Virus record (IMG/VR): IMGVR_UViG_3300044617_001276
Location: 1 to 57,789 of that record
Length of the DNA stretch: 57,789 bases
Direction: 5' to 3' (one strand)
From: a virus
Taxonomy: Duplodnaviria; Caudoviricetes
The notes beneath the pieces were generated by a model that was not told the origin of the DNA, made no database searches, and was given only the letters and a program-made list of their open reading frames with translations. Shown one piece after another: positions 8,378 to 17,853 of this stretch (positions within the stretch are counted from its first letter, which is position 1; each line of letters opens with the position of its first letter). A program made the position numbers and the translations under genes.

Positions 8378-11085
8378 CAGAACGTGCCTCCAGTGATGCC
8401 CGCAGTGACCGCATTGGTGGACGGGTTGTAAGTTATCCCTGCATCTACCCCCAACGCTTGATTTCCTGTGGTCGAAGCCGCCACGAATGGAATGTAGAAG
8501 TCAGCATTGGTGCTGGTGGCAGTTGTGGCGACATTTGTCGCATTTGTGGCCGATCCTACGGACAACGTGCTTTGATCAACGTATTGAGGCGCTGTTGCGC
8601 CAGCAGTCAAAACATAATTCGTTGTCCCGAGAGACAAAAATGTCGTTGTTCCAGCACCAGAGTTGTAAGGCAAAGCGCCAGCCGTGCCGCCAGCAATGTT
8701 TGTCGCCGTCGTCGCTGACGTCGCGCTGGTGGCGCTCGTCGCTGTTGCGGCGTTGCCGCTGATGCTGATATTCCAAGTTCCTGAAGCGCCCGTGCCGTCT
8801 GCTTTCGGCGCGCCTACAGTGCTGTAATCAATCGTTCGAGCGGCTGATCCATCAAACGTCGCTCCAGCCGCAGCACCGCCTGTATTTGTGAATGTTACAG
8901 AATTGGCTACAGAACCAGCAGACCCTGTCGTATTCTGGTTGAACGTAGGCCATGTTGCGCTGGCTGTCGTCCAATTCCAAGTTCCTGTTGGCGTGTATGA
9001 CCCACCCAACTCAAGAATCGTGTCGTCAGCATCGCGCACGGTCTTGGTGCGATTTGTGGACGTTATTCCTGTGATGGTGAACAGACCGGTTTGTCCGACC
9101 ACAGACAAGCTCGCTGCTGAACCTGTCGTGTTCTGGTTCAGCGTCGGAATGTCAGCCGCCAAAAGCGCGCGGAACGATGGCGTACCCGGCGAACCCGTCG
9201 TCGGTCCAGCGAACACATAGTTGGCAGTTTGGTTTGCATAAACCGCTGTCAAGGTGCCAGAGCCTGTGACCGGCGAATTGCTGATGGTGAAGTCTGCAGG
9301 CAACGACAAACCGACAGAAGTCACAGTGCCAGCGCCTGCGGAAGACCACTGGAAAGCTGAACCAGACCATTGCAAAAATGTGCTGCCGACCGTTGGCGCT
9401 GTGATGAAAGAAGAAGCGCCTGCACCGGTGTTGTAAACTATTTGGTTTGCGTTGCCGCCTGCAACATTGGTCGCAGAACCGACAACCAAACTGGATTGAG
9501 CAACATTCTCCCAGCGCATGTCCGTGCTGTCATAGACGATCACGTCGCCATTGTTCAGCGTGCCGAATTGCACATTGCCGTCAGTGCCGCCCAAAACCGA
9601 GCCGAACGTCGGGCGCACAAACAAGATTCCGTTAGAAGTTCCGACATGCACGACCGCTGCGACTGTTGCGATCGCGTTGGGTGTCGTAGGCTTGGTTTTT
9701 GTCAAGCCACCGGTGACAAGCGGGTTGTAGTACAACTCTTGGCCTTGCGTCCAAGCTTCAACGCCGCCGGTGGTGTTGAGGTTCTTGACTTCGCCGAACT
9801 GAGTGACAAATATCCAATCGTTGGTGGTGCCGGTTTCGTTGGCGACACCGAGGATGTAGTTGGCTTGCGTCGGTTGCAGTCCTGTGGCTGGCGCAGCAGT
9901 CAAGCCGCCTGAAGCGCCCAGCGTGCCGGTGAACATCATCACTTGCCCTTTGGTCGCCGGGGCGGTGAGTTTCACGCGGAAATAAGTTTCTTCGCCGATC
10001 TTTTGGACGACCGCGCCATTCATTCGGAACGCGAGCGTTTGGAACTGATCGTTGTTGTCGTAATAAAGACGAGCTGTAGCGTCAGTCGGCAACGGCGAAA
10101 GCGCCGAGGCAAAATCGACGTAATCTGTGTCCACGGTCGTGAACGTGCCTGCGGCGGGAGTCGACCCGCCAATGACCGTTCCGTCGATTGTGCCGCTGTT
10201 AATGTCGACGTTGGTCAGCGTTTTCCCGTCTAACGTGTCAGGGATGTCGTCGTTGACGAGCGCACGGAATGTCGGCAATGCATCCGGTCCAGACACAGGC
10301 CCGGCACGCACCGTGTTGGCTGGGCGCGGAATGTCCACGTCCATGTTGGCCCACAAATAAGCGCCAGTGCCGCCAGAAACAAGCACCTGCCCATAAACAC
10401 CCACAGGACCAATGTAAAGGCCGTCAGCGCCTGACCAAACAATCGCACCGGCGTCTGGCACCAACGAGCGGCTTGTGCCACCTTGGTCGACGGGCAAGAT
10501 GCCATTGATTTGCTGTTGGTCAGACAAATCCACAGCAGGGTGCTGATGGTCGGCGCGCGCTATTTCGGTGGAAACACCCGCAGCGCCTGTGTCGTCCAAC
10601 ACCAGCGGCGTTGCGTTGCTCAAGTTTGCGTTGAGCGTGACGTCAGTGTTGAGTGCGCCGCCGCCCGTCAACCCTGTGCCGGCAATGACTTGTCGGCTTT
10701 CAGGCACGTAGCCGCTGATGGTCGCCGGGATTGTCGTGGCAGCGGTGACGCGCCCGGTGGCGTCCACTGTGAACACCGGGATGTTCGTAGACGTTCCATA
10801 AACGCCGGGTGTGACACCGGTGTTGGCCAACTCGGCTGTCCCTACGCCGCCCGGAGCGATGCTCAACGTCACGTTGGAGCTCAGTTGCCCACCGCCATCC
10901 AACCCTGTGCCAGCCAGCACCGCGCGAGAGGTCGGCACACCCGCCACAGACAACAAATCACCAACACGAATTTGGTAATTGTTGCCCTGATAGACAATCA
11001 TCATCAGCGAGTTTTCGTCCGCCACCGGGGCGGTGGGCAACTGCGTGATTCTTGTCGGTATCAGGTTGCTAGGTACGTCTGACAT
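8377..11085 (-). CDS. Long tail fibre protein (902 aa)
   Basis: Gly/Thr/Ala-rich. Repeated R.V.AGTGL.GGG.L...VTL, GTVTSVGLS, P.FRAL...DIP and NQNTTGSA fibre motifs. Confidence 0.8.
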   Translation of the reverse strand: MSDVPSNLIPTRITQLPTAPVADENSLMMIVYQGNNYQIRVGDLLSVAGVPTSRAVLAGTGLDGGGQLSSNVTLSIAPGGVGTAELANTGVTPGVYGTSTNIPVFTVDATGRVTAATTIPATISGYVPESRQVIAGTGLTGGGALNTDVTLNANLSNATPLVLDDTGAAGVSTEIARADHQHPAVDLSDQQQINGILPVDQGGTSRSLVPDAGAIVWSGADGLYIGPVGVYGQVLVSGGTGAYLWANMDVDIPRPANTVRAGPVSGPDALPTFRALVNDDIPDTLDGKTLTNVDINSGTIDGTVIGGSTPAAGTFTTVDTDYVDFASALSPLPTDATARLYYDNNDQFQTLAFRMNGAVVQKIGEETYFRVKLTAPATKGQVMMFTGTLGASGGLTAAPATGLQPTQANYILGVANETGTTNDWIFVTQFGEVKNLNTTGGVEAWTQGQELYYNPLVTGGLTKTKPTTPNAIATVAAVVHVGTSNGILFVRPTFGSVLGGTDGNVQFGTLNNGDVIVYDSTDMRWENVAQSSLVVGSATNVAGGNANQIVYNTGAGASSFITAPTVGSTFLQWSGSAFQWSSAGAGTVTSVGLSLPADFTISNSPVTGSGTLTAVYANQTANYVFAGPTTGSPGTPSFRALLAADIPTLNQNTTGSAASLSVVGQTGLFTITGITSTNRTKTVRDADDTILELGGSYTPTGTWNWTTASATWPTFNQNTTGSAGSVANSVTFTNTGGAAAGATFDGSAARTIDYSTVGAPKADGTGASGTWNISISGNAATATSATSATSATTATNIAGGTAGALPYNSGAGTTTFLSLGTTNYVLTAGATAPQYVDQSTLSVGSATNATNVATTATSTNADFYIPFVAASTTGNQALGVDAGITYNPSTNAVTAGITGGTF

Positions 11086-11394
11086 TTATAGCTCCAAATA
11101 TCCGTCACCATCTTCTGTGATGATGAACTCATTGCCTTGCTCTTGAATCAAGCCAGCAGGCCGAGTGTTGATCGGTGTGTCAGGCCGGTTGAATGGCAAA
11201 ACAATCTGGTCAGGGCGGCGCGGCGCTAATCGGTAAGGATCGTATTCGTCACGATCCTCTTCACAAACCATCAACCCCGGATAGTTCGGATCTGGCGACA
11301 AATCAGCCAACAACATCTTGCGCGAACAACGACCGCAAATGGCGATGCCATAAGTCGGTTGGCCAGAAGGGTCTAGGAATTTACCGCTGCTCAT
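11086..11394 (-). CDS. Conserved virion-module protein with CxxC motif
   Basis: MSSGKF...AICGRCSRK...GLMVC...D...P..R.D. ATGA overlap with the upstream gene. Confidence 0.65.
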   Translation of the reverse strand: MSSGKFLDPSGQPTYGIAICGRCSRKMLLADLSPDPNYPGLMVCEEDRDEYDPYRLAPRRPDQIVLPFNRPDTPINTRPAGLIQEQGNEFIITEDGDGYLEL

Positions 11395-12371
11395 TTTGTG
11401 TAAACTCCAATGCCGGGGTTGATCTGAATCGGCGAACCGTCGTTGTCGCCATCCCATGCACGCTGCTGGCTCATCGCAGCCTTTTGTTCCAGGATCGGAA
11501 TCAGTTGCGCGTCTACCGCTGGTGTTTCAGCCGCCATGCGCGCGGCGAGCCCGTTGATGATTGCCTCTTGCCAACGGTCTGGCATTTCAACTTCTTGTTG
11601 CAAGTTTTCTGTGTCCATGATCTGGCGATGCCGCCAGAGGATCAACTGTGCAGCTTCAGCTGCGACAAACGGCGCAGGCCAGAGATAAACAACCGGCTCA
11701 GGCAAGTTGCGCTGGAAATAATAGTTGCTCGGTCTTCCGGGGAACACTTTGTTGGACTGATTGACATAGCTGTCGCGGTTCAACTGGCCCAAAGGAATCT
11801 CTTGCGGCAAGTTGCCTAGCGTGATCGCGCTGTAACTCAATGGGCTGGTCGACGTGATCCGGAAATAGTTGTAAGGCAACGCACCAGAGATGTCCGTCCA
11901 AGTTATCTCGCCTGCCGCAGCGGTTTCACTTGAACTTCCAACGGTCGTCCAAACAGAACCGTTTGTGCTCACTTGAAACGTCACCGGCACAGCAGCTGCG
12001 CTCCATTTTATACCAACTGTGTCGACCGTCGTTTGTGTCGTAAAATCGACCGTGTAACTGGTGGAAGTGGTCACTGAAGCGCCACTCAACAGCTGCAACA
12101 CGCGGTAATTCAAGTTGAGGATTTCAACGGTGCCTGCAGGCAGCGTGACCAACGGTTGATTCTGATACATCGGAAGAATCAACTTCTGAATGCACCAACT
12201 GGGCGTCTTGATGTTGGCGAGTTCATTGAGCATGAACCGCAGGGATTCCAGCGCGTAGGTCTGCATTTCTGCAGTGATGGCTTGCGCAGGAAGGCGGCAA
12301 CGCCGGAAGGCGTGATCCACGACCTTCAATGCGTTGGTTGTTGTGCCGCCTATGTTCCCAGAATACGCCAT
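11391..12371 (-). CDS. Virion structural protein, head-tail connector-like
   Basis: AFRRCR...SLRFMLNELAN, Y..Q.NK..PGRP..YYFQR, YLWPAP and P.RW.EAI..GLA. It follows the capsid module. Confidence 0.65.
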   Translation of the reverse strand: MAYSGNIGGTTTNALKVVDHAFRRCRLPAQAITAEMQTYALESLRFMLNELANIKTPSWCIQKLILPMYQNQPLVTLPAGTVEILNLNYRVLQLLSGASVTTSTSYTVDFTTQTTVDTVGIKWSAAAVPVTFQVSTNGSVWTTVGSSSETAAAGEITWTDISGALPYNYFRITSTSPLSYSAITLGNLPQEIPLGQLNRDSYVNQSNKVFPGRPSNYYFQRNLPEPVVYLWPAPFVAAEAAQLILWRHRQIMDTENLQQEVEMPDRWQEAIINGLAARMAAETPAVDAQLIPILEQKAAMSQQRAWDGDNDGSPIQINPGIGVYTK

Positions 12372-12424
12372 GCTAACTCCACTCAGTCACATGGCGGCTG
12401 TCGGCAGCCTGCCCGGTTGACGAA

Positions 12425-12453
12425 ATTATGCTCGAATTGTCTGTTTATGACAA
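12425..12453 (-). promoter_or_regulatory. sigma70-like promoter TTGTCA-N17-CATAAT
   Basis: Intergenic, upstream of the gene starting at 12371. Confidence 0.65.
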
Positions 12454-12454
12454 C

Positions 12455-12967
12455 TCACTTTTTCTTTTTGCCGACGTTGCGTGCTTCGCTCAACGCAATC
12501 GCGACCGCTTGTTTTGGATTCTTCACTACGGGGCCAGTTTTGCTGCCAGAATGCAGTTCGCCCGACTTATATTCGGACATAACTTTCTCGACCTTCTTAG
12601 AACCCTTCTCAGACATCAAGCCGCCTGCCTTGTAAGGCGCAATCATCGGCTCTTTGGGCGCGACCGGCATTCGACGGCGTCCAATTCCCGGGTTTTTGTT
12701 GCCTTTTATGCCCAAACTGGACTTGTCTCGCAACATTCCTTGCGGCGCGGCTGGCGCTTTCACGGTTTCCCGCTGGATGCTTTCGCGTTTTTCCATGGTT
12801 GGGGTGGCCATGATCTCTTTTTTGGCCATAGCCGACACAGCCGGGCGCATTTTGCCGCCCTCGGCGTAGCCTTTTTTCGCCATACCGCCGCCGCAATAAC
12901 CAACCGTCTTGCCTGCGCTGGAGAAATCGAAATCTTTCACGTATTTCAGCGTTTTGCTCATGATCAA
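12455..12967 (-). CDS. Lys-rich basic protein (possible internal core protein)
   Basis: KVEKVMSEYKSGELHSG...KNPKQAVAIALSEAR, with three YxxGG motifs. Confidence 0.7.
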   Translation of the reverse strand: MIMSKTLKYVKDFDFSSAGKTVGYCGGGMAKKGYAEGGKMRPAVSAMAKKEIMATPTMEKRESIQRETVKAPAAPQGMLRDKSSLGIKGNKNPGIGRRRMPVAPKEPMIAPYKAGGLMSEKGSKKVEKVMSEYKSGELHSGSKTGPVVKNPKQAVAIALSEARNVGKKKK

Positions 12968-13212
12968 ATCCCTCGTGTCCGGTTGCTTTCAATGAGGCGG
13001 TCTAGTTTGGCGTCCAAAACTTCCAGCCGATTCATCACGCGATTGATGTCGGCGTGCACTTCAGCTTTCGTGACGTATTCTTTGGCCATTTCTTCACGCG
13101 TGCGGTTCAATAGAATCGTCACACGACTGAGTTCTGCAGACTTTTCACGCAATACCCACCCCAAAACACCGAGGAAAAAAGAAAGCGCCAAATTCCAAAA
13201 CATCAATTCCAT
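12964..13212 (-). CDS. Small membrane-anchored coiled-coil protein
   Basis: N-terminal TM (FWNLALSFFLGVLGWVL) followed by LLNRTREEMAKEYVTK...RLEVLDAKLDRL. Confidence 0.65.
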   Translation of the reverse strand: MELMFWNLALSFFLGVLGWVLREKSAELSRVTILLNRTREEMAKEYVTKAEVHADINRVMNRLEVLDAKLDRLIESNRTRGI

Positions 13213-13229
13213 TTCTTTCTACCCTTTCA

Positions 13230-13850
13230 TCAAGCAGTAGATTGTTGTGTGATGGTCAGGCGAATCGAACCGTCACCAGAATTGATTTTGTAGCGCAACG
13301 CTCTCATCAGCGTCGTGGTGAAATGAGTCTGGTTTGTGGATGCGCTCGTGAACGCGCCGCCAGCGGCTGGGTGAGCGACAGCTTGATGCACAAACGAATG
13401 ATCGAATGGATCCTCGTTGGTGTATTCAATCGAGTAATTCACCGTGCCAGAGACCGTCGCCGAGACCGTCGTCACCTGATTCGGCGTATAGATGTCCATC
13501 GGGATCCATTGGCTGTAACCCGACTGAGCGACACCCGCTTCCACCGCGCCTGCGGTCGCCGCGCTGACATAAATAGACTCAACGTAAGCGAACGTCTTGG
13601 TGGTGGTCGCTGTGCCTGCGTTGGCACCTGCGATGGTTTCTGTTTGAGTTTCGTTGTTGGGGCCGACGCCGACGATTGTGAAATTCCTAGTTGTGTCGTT
13701 GCCTACGCTGGTGATGGTTACATAACGTGGCGGCGTGATCGTGCTTTCCACCAACGTCAAGAAACCAGCAGCGAGCGGCGTTTGCGACAACGCAAGATAA
13801 TTCCCGTCCGCAATCGGAAAGCTAGTTGTTACAATTTGAATCGGGCGCAT
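13230..13850 (-). CDS. Virion structural protein, beta-rich
   Basis: Thr/Ala-rich 206 aa in the capsid-tail operon, with a GGAG RBS. Confidence 0.6.
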   Translation of the reverse strand: MRPIQIVTTSFPIADGNYLALSQTPLAAGFLTLVESTITPPRYVTITSVGNDTTRNFTIVGVGPNNETQTETIAGANAGTATTTKTFAYVESIYVSAATAGAVEAGVAQSGYSQWIPMDIYTPNQVTTVSATVSGTVNYSIEYTNEDPFDHSFVHQAVAHPAAGGAFTSASTNQTHFTTTLMRALRYKINSGDGSIRLTITQQSTA

Positions 13851-14004
13851 TGCTGCTCTCCTGTTCTGGCGAATCCAAACGCCTAATCAACATTTGGTAA
13901 GCAGTCAAAGTCGCTTGAGCTTGAATTATGAAAGTGTTCGCTCTCATCAATTCTTGCTCAAGCTCTTTTATCTCGCTTTCCAAAAACGCCTTGGTTATTT
14001 GCAT
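13822..14004 (-). CDS. Small coiled-coil hypothetical protein
   Basis: 60 aa, TGATG-coupled to the upstream gene. Confidence 0.55.
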   Translation of the reverse strand: MQITKAFLESEIKELEQELMRANTFIIQAQATLTAYQMLIRRLDSPEQESSNAPDSNCNN

Positions 14005-14603
14005 CAGCTGAACGAAGCGTAAGCCGGAACATAATAATCAGTCCCAGCGATGCGAACCTTGATGGCTTTGGAAACAGTCGCCACGGCAGTCGCAGTTGGT
14101 GCGACGGTCGCAGCTGGGCCAGTTTCGATGTTGATCAGGTTTTGCACTTCACCAGTTTGCGAGCCGCTGTCGGTCACGCGAATGAACGAAGAAGCAACAC
14201 CTAGCGTCACGTTTGTGCCGTAGTCGGTGTCCAGTTGCAAAACAGCCAGTGTGCCGCCGGGAGTTGTTGCTGTGCCGCCGAGCGTTGCACGGATTGCATT
14301 CGCTGCACCGGAGATCGTGCCGGTGGTGTTGATCGATGTGCTGATGTGAGCGCCATTGATCGTGCCGCCTGTGGCTGCGCCTGCACCGGTGACAACCGAA
14401 AATGCACGCAGCGTTTCACCCGAACCGGTCGAAGTGAATGCCAAGCGTTGATAAGACAACCGAGTGTCGCCGGTCGTGGCAGACGTGGTTGCGTAAGAAC
14501 TGGAGATGTTGCCAGCAGTCGTCACTGAAACCGGAACAGAAGACGTGCCGCTCGTGAAGCCGTTGAGCGAGGTCACTGGGCCGGTGAATGTAGTTTGTGC
14601 CAT
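14004..14603 (-). CDS. Putative head fibre/decoration protein
   Basis: MAQTTFTGPV.S..GF start, Thr/Gly/Ala-rich, first gene after the capsid gene. Confidence 0.6.
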   Translation of the reverse strand: MAQTTFTGPVTSLNGFTSGTSSVPVSVTTAGNISSSYATTSATTGDTRLSYQRLAFTSTGSGETLRAFSVVTGAGAATGGTINGAHISTSINTTGTISGAANAIRATLGGTATTPGGTLAVLQLDTDYGTNVTLGVASSFIRVTDSGSQTGEVQNLINIETGPAATVAPTATAVATVSKAIKVRIAGTDYYVPAYASFS

Positions 14604-14610
14604 GATTCAT

Positions 14611-14690
14611 TCCTCTCATGCGAGTATCAAGGTGTTGCAGTCTGCATGACGTCAGCCGGGACTGTCTACAACACCGGGTAACCCCGGAAT
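14611..14690 (-). ncRNA. Candidate structured cis-RNA (three interlocked helices)
   Basis: Complementary pairs 14687-82/14661-56, 14675-66/14640-31 and 14649-44/14621-16. The last helix abuts the GAGG RBS. Confidence 0.45.
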
Positions 14691-14691
14691 T

Positions 14692-14715
14692 CCCCGCCCG
14701 GTTGCCCGAGCGGGG
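14692..14715 (-). other. GC-rich hairpin with GCAA tetraloop just after the capsid stop
   Basis: CCCCGCTCGG-GCAA-CCGGGCGGGG. There is no U-tract, so it is a stabiliser or attenuator rather than a clear terminator. Confidence 0.6.
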
Positions 14716-14723
14716 TTTGCTAC

Positions 14724-15638
14724 TTAAACGCCAGCGGTACCGTAGATGCCGCGTGGGTCAGTCCAACCGAACACATAACGCTCGGTGGCCTTGTAACGCA
14801 TCGAGTCGGTCTCGAAGTCGCCTTCCATGCTCTTTTCCAGACCACGGCGCATCATGAGCTTCAGACCTTCGGGAGCGTCGGTCTGAACCCACCATGCAGT
14901 GGTCGAGGTGATACGAGACAGGTTGGCTTGGCCTTCGGAGAGCAGACCCATCGACTTCACTGGGTTGATGTCGTTGTCAGCGGTGCCGGTACGCAGCACA
15001 GACTTGAGCAAGACTTCAGCTTGGAAGACGTTGGAAGGACCAGCAACAATCTTGCGCGGCGTCAGACGGATACGCTTGCCGTTGTTGTCAACAGCGTTGC
15101 GGATCTGAATCAGCATCTGTTCCAGAGAGGTCTGGGACAGCGCAGCAGGGGTGTTCAGCTGGTTGCTGAAGGTGCCGTTCACGATGGGGTGGTTGGTCGC
15201 AACCAGTGCCACACCGTCGCCGCCAGGATAGCTGCCGTTGAACGCGCGGTTCAGGATGTTCGCACCAAGTGTTTCTTTGGTTTCGATCAGCGACTGTGCC
15301 AGATGCTTGGCATAGGTTTGACCGATGCGAATGTGGTCGCCGTCTTCCACGAGAACTTTGGTCAGGCTGAATGCCAGACCATAGACCTTGTAGAGATAGC
15401 GCTGCAGGAACAGCACGCCGCCCGACTGATAGCTGACAGCCATGCCGTCAGGCAGTTCAGGAGCCGCACCGAAGCCGTACAGGACTGGCTCTTCGTGGTA
15501 GTTACGTGGGATGCCTTTTTGCTCACGGAACACCATGCTCCATTCGTCAGCACGCTGTTCGTAAACACCGTCGAACACTTCATTCAGGATGGGTTCGACA
15601 ACCGACCGAAAGTCGGTACTACGCATTGGGGTAGCCAT
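14724..15638 (-). CDS. Major capsid protein (HK97 fold, Mu gpT-like)
   Basis: 304 aa with EEPVLYGFG.A, LAQSLIETKE...ANILNRAF, GDGVAL...HP and YKATERY.FGWTDPRG. Strongly biased codons, downstream of the scaffold. Confidence 0.88.
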   Translation of the reverse strand: MATPMRSTDFRSVVEPILNEVFDGVYEQRADEWSMVFREQKGIPRNYHEEPVLYGFGAAPELPDGMAVSYQSGGVLFLQRYLYKVYGLAFSLTKVLVEDGDHIRIGQTYAKHLAQSLIETKETLGANILNRAFNGSYPGGDGVALVATNHPIVNGTFSNQLNTPAALSQTSLEQMLIQIRNAVDNNGKRIRLTPRKIVAGPSNVFQAEVLLKSVLRTGTADNDINPVKSMGLLSEGQANLSRITSTTAWWVQTDAPEGLKLMMRRGLEKSMEGDFETDSMRYKATERYVFGWTDPRGIYGTAGV

Positions 15639-15651
15639 TCGTCAACCCTCC

Positions 15652-16251
15652 TTATACCGAGTTAACAGATGCTTTGTACTGGTGTTCGTTGATGCGAACA
15701 GTTGCTTGTACATAAGCGTCGGTTAATGAATCGTTGATATTGTATGCGAAACCAGTAATCTGGAACTGGCCAGAGGTCGCCTGGATGGCGGTCAGCTGGC
15801 AGTTGCTCAGGCCGGTCTGAGTTGAGCCGCCCGGAGAAGCGATTGTCCAGTCGCACTCTTCGCCGACCGCCGTTTGCACGGTGGTGACGCCGGGAGTACC
15901 CGGATTGGTGTACTGAACATCGAACAGCGTCTCAGGGTCGTCATAAACCCAAGCGACGATCTCCGTGCCTGTGGTGCCGGAAGGCCAGAATGGGCTGATG
16001 GTCGGCTTGCCCGACGAATCAAGATACTGGCAACCAGCGAAAATGCCGAGCAGCAAAACGCCGCCAGCAGTGCCGGAACGAGTACCGTCAGAGGTACCGA
16101 GCTCAATCACGCCGGTGTCAACGAGTTTTACGGGATCACCCGAGAAAATGTTCGCTGCATAGGTCGACGCGATGGTGTAGGCTTTCGGCCGCATCTGGCC
16201 ACTGTTGTGGTAAGACGGACGGAAGCCAAAAGGTGCGCTAGTCGAAGACAT
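15652..16251 (-). CDS. Capsid decoration/cement-like protein
   Basis: APFGFRP...IFSGDPV...GIFAGCQY.D...VYDDP..LF.VQ, immediately upstream of the capsid gene. Confidence 0.65.
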   Translation of the reverse strand: MSSTSAPFGFRPSYHNSGQMRPKAYTIASTYAANIFSGDPVKLVDTGVIELGTSDGTRSGTAGGVLLLGIFAGCQYLDSSGKPTISPFWPSGTTGTEIVAWVYDDPETLFDVQYTNPGTPGVTTVQTAVGEECDWTIASPGGSTQTGLSNCQLTAIQATSGQFQITGFAYNINDSLTDAYVQATVRINEHQYKASVNSV

Positions 16252-16280
16252 TGCATACTCCTAATGGGTTAATGGTTTCG

Positions 16281-16811
16281 TCACGAGAGATCAAAAAGTG
16301 CCTCTCGCTGTTGTCCCATTTCCAGATTGCCTTCGCCAATTTGCAGTTTAGACTTCGATGCGCGCGCTTGTTGCTCCAAAAACTCAGCAGTGTCGGTGAG
16401 CTTTTCCTCTTCGCGCATGGGCGCGTCGTGGTGAGCTTCGCGCATGTATTTCTCATAAAGAGAAATCGGAAGTTTGAATGCAAGCATCTCGTTGACGCCG
16501 ATGAACCCTTGCCAGTCACCCGTCTTGAGTGTGGCGTATTCCCAGCCGGGAACATCTTCCGGCTTCACAGGTTCGTAACCCAAACGAATTCTCATTTGGA
16601 TTGAGTCACGAGGATTGGTCGTCGTGAGCCAGCACGTGTGCCAGCCCGGAATCTTAGGCAAATCCGGTAATGAGGACTGGAAAAACTGTTGACGGAACAT
16701 TTCAACCCGCTCGTCGTCGGTGATTTCGCGATTTTCAGTGACAGCACGATCTTCCATCGCGCGACTTGTGCGATTGTCTCCAGCGGATTTCTTCAGGCGT
16801 TCGTCGGTCAT
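16281..16811 (-). CDS. Conserved head-module protein
   Basis: LP..PG...CW......D....R.RLGYEPV, located between scaffold and decoration genes, with a strong AAAGGAG RBS. Confidence 0.65.
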   Translation of the reverse strand: MTDERLKKSAGDNRTSRAMEDRAVTENREITDDERVEMFRQQFFQSSLPDLPKIPGWHTCWLTTTNPRDSIQMRIRLGYEPVKPEDVPGWEYATLKTGDWQGFIGVNEMLAFKLPISLYEKYMREAHHDAPMREEEKLTDTAEFLEQQARASKSKLQIGEGNLEMGQQREALFDLS

Positions 16812-16840
16812 ATTGCTCGCTCCTTTCAGCGATTAGGCAC

Positions 16841-16869
16841 ATTATGTTGTTAAAATTCAAAAAAGGCAA
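16841..16869 (-). promoter_or_regulatory. sigma70-like promoter TTGCCT-N17-CATAAT driving the capsid genes
   Basis: Intergenic, AT-rich spacer, same consensus as the other sites. Confidence 0.7.
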
Positions 16870-16872
16870 CAC

Positions 16873-17841
16873 TCAAGCTTTATTTTGACGATCGTATTCT
16901 GCGTAACGCTTCACGTACTTGTTACGCAGAACTGGATCATCCCAAACACCCGCTTCGACCAGCGCCTGTTTGCGCTCCGGAGAGATGTAGATCTCTTTGC
17001 GGGTGCTGGTGGGCGCATGCTCTTTGCCGGAGCCTACTTGTGGACCGCCGCGAGCTTCACGCTTTTGTTGCACCGGCTCTTTGCTTGATTTGAACCGTTC
17101 CGGCAAACGGCGCGCCGCGCGGCGGCGTAGCTCATCCCAATACTCCTCGGTGCTTGGGTTGTAGCCGTCTTTGCTTAATGCTTGGTCAATCGCCAACACG
17201 ATGGCGCTGTCTTCGTTGCCGCCCCTTGTGTCGTACCAAGGGTTTTCCTGGACGAACTCACGAGCATAAGCCATCGCCGCGTCGTCTTGCGCGGGTTGAG
17301 TCGTCGGCGCGTTTTGCGCTGTTTGTTGCTTTTGCCAAGCCAGTTGTTGCGCACGCTGGAGCGCGGCGTCGCGGTATTTCAACGCTTGCGCCACGTCGTC
17401 ACCGTTGCCTGCGGCTACGGCTTTGGCGATGACTTTTTCGGCCATTTCTGCTTCTTGCTGGGCACGTGCAATTTCTGCATCGAACCCGCGCAAGTCGGCG
17501 GTGTGAGCGCGCTGCTCTTGGGCGCTGAGACGGCGTTCTAGGTCGTCGTTGCGCTTGCGCAGGAAGTCGAGCTCGACCTTGTCGCGCTTGATGGCTTCAT
17601 CACGGCGTTGCTTGCGCTCTTGCTTTTCCAAGCGGCGGCGCTCGCGGATTGCTTCCCGCTCTTTGTCGCTGGCGTCTAACTCTTCGTCGTCGTCTTCGTC
17701 TGCAGCGTTGACGATGCGGTCGTCTTCTGCTGATTCGTCTTCGACGCCTGTGCCTTCTTGTTGACGCGCTGCGGGGTCGTCTTCAACGATGACGATGTCG
17801 TCATCCTTGATGTCGTCGTCTTCTTTCATTACGTCAGCCAT
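16873..17841 (-). CDS. Scaffolding protein
   Basis: Acidic N-terminus, long coiled coil, ENPWY and GYNPSTEEYWDEL. Lies between portal and capsid. Confidence 0.75.
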   Translation of the reverse strand: MADVMKEDDDIKDDDIVIVEDDPAARQQEGTGVEDESAEDDRIVNAADEDDDEELDASDKEREAIRERRRLEKQERKQRRDEAIKRDKVELDFLRKRNDDLERRLSAQEQRAHTADLRGFDAEIARAQQEAEMAEKVIAKAVAAGNGDDVAQALKYRDAALQRAQQLAWQKQQTAQNAPTTQPAQDDAAMAYAREFVQENPWYDTRGGNEDSAIVLAIDQALSKDGYNPSTEEYWDELRRRAARRLPERFKSSKEPVQQKREARGGPQVGSGKEHAPTSTRKEIYISPERKQALVEAGVWDDPVLRNKYVKRYAEYDRQNKA

Positions 17842-17853
17842 GGTTCATCTCCT

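Noticed and set aside
14611-14690. Hammerhead or HDV-like ribozyme
   Set aside because: CUGACG is not followed by the CUGAnGA/GAAA core, and there is no room for the HDV P3/L3. It is kept only as an unclassified structured-RNA candidate.
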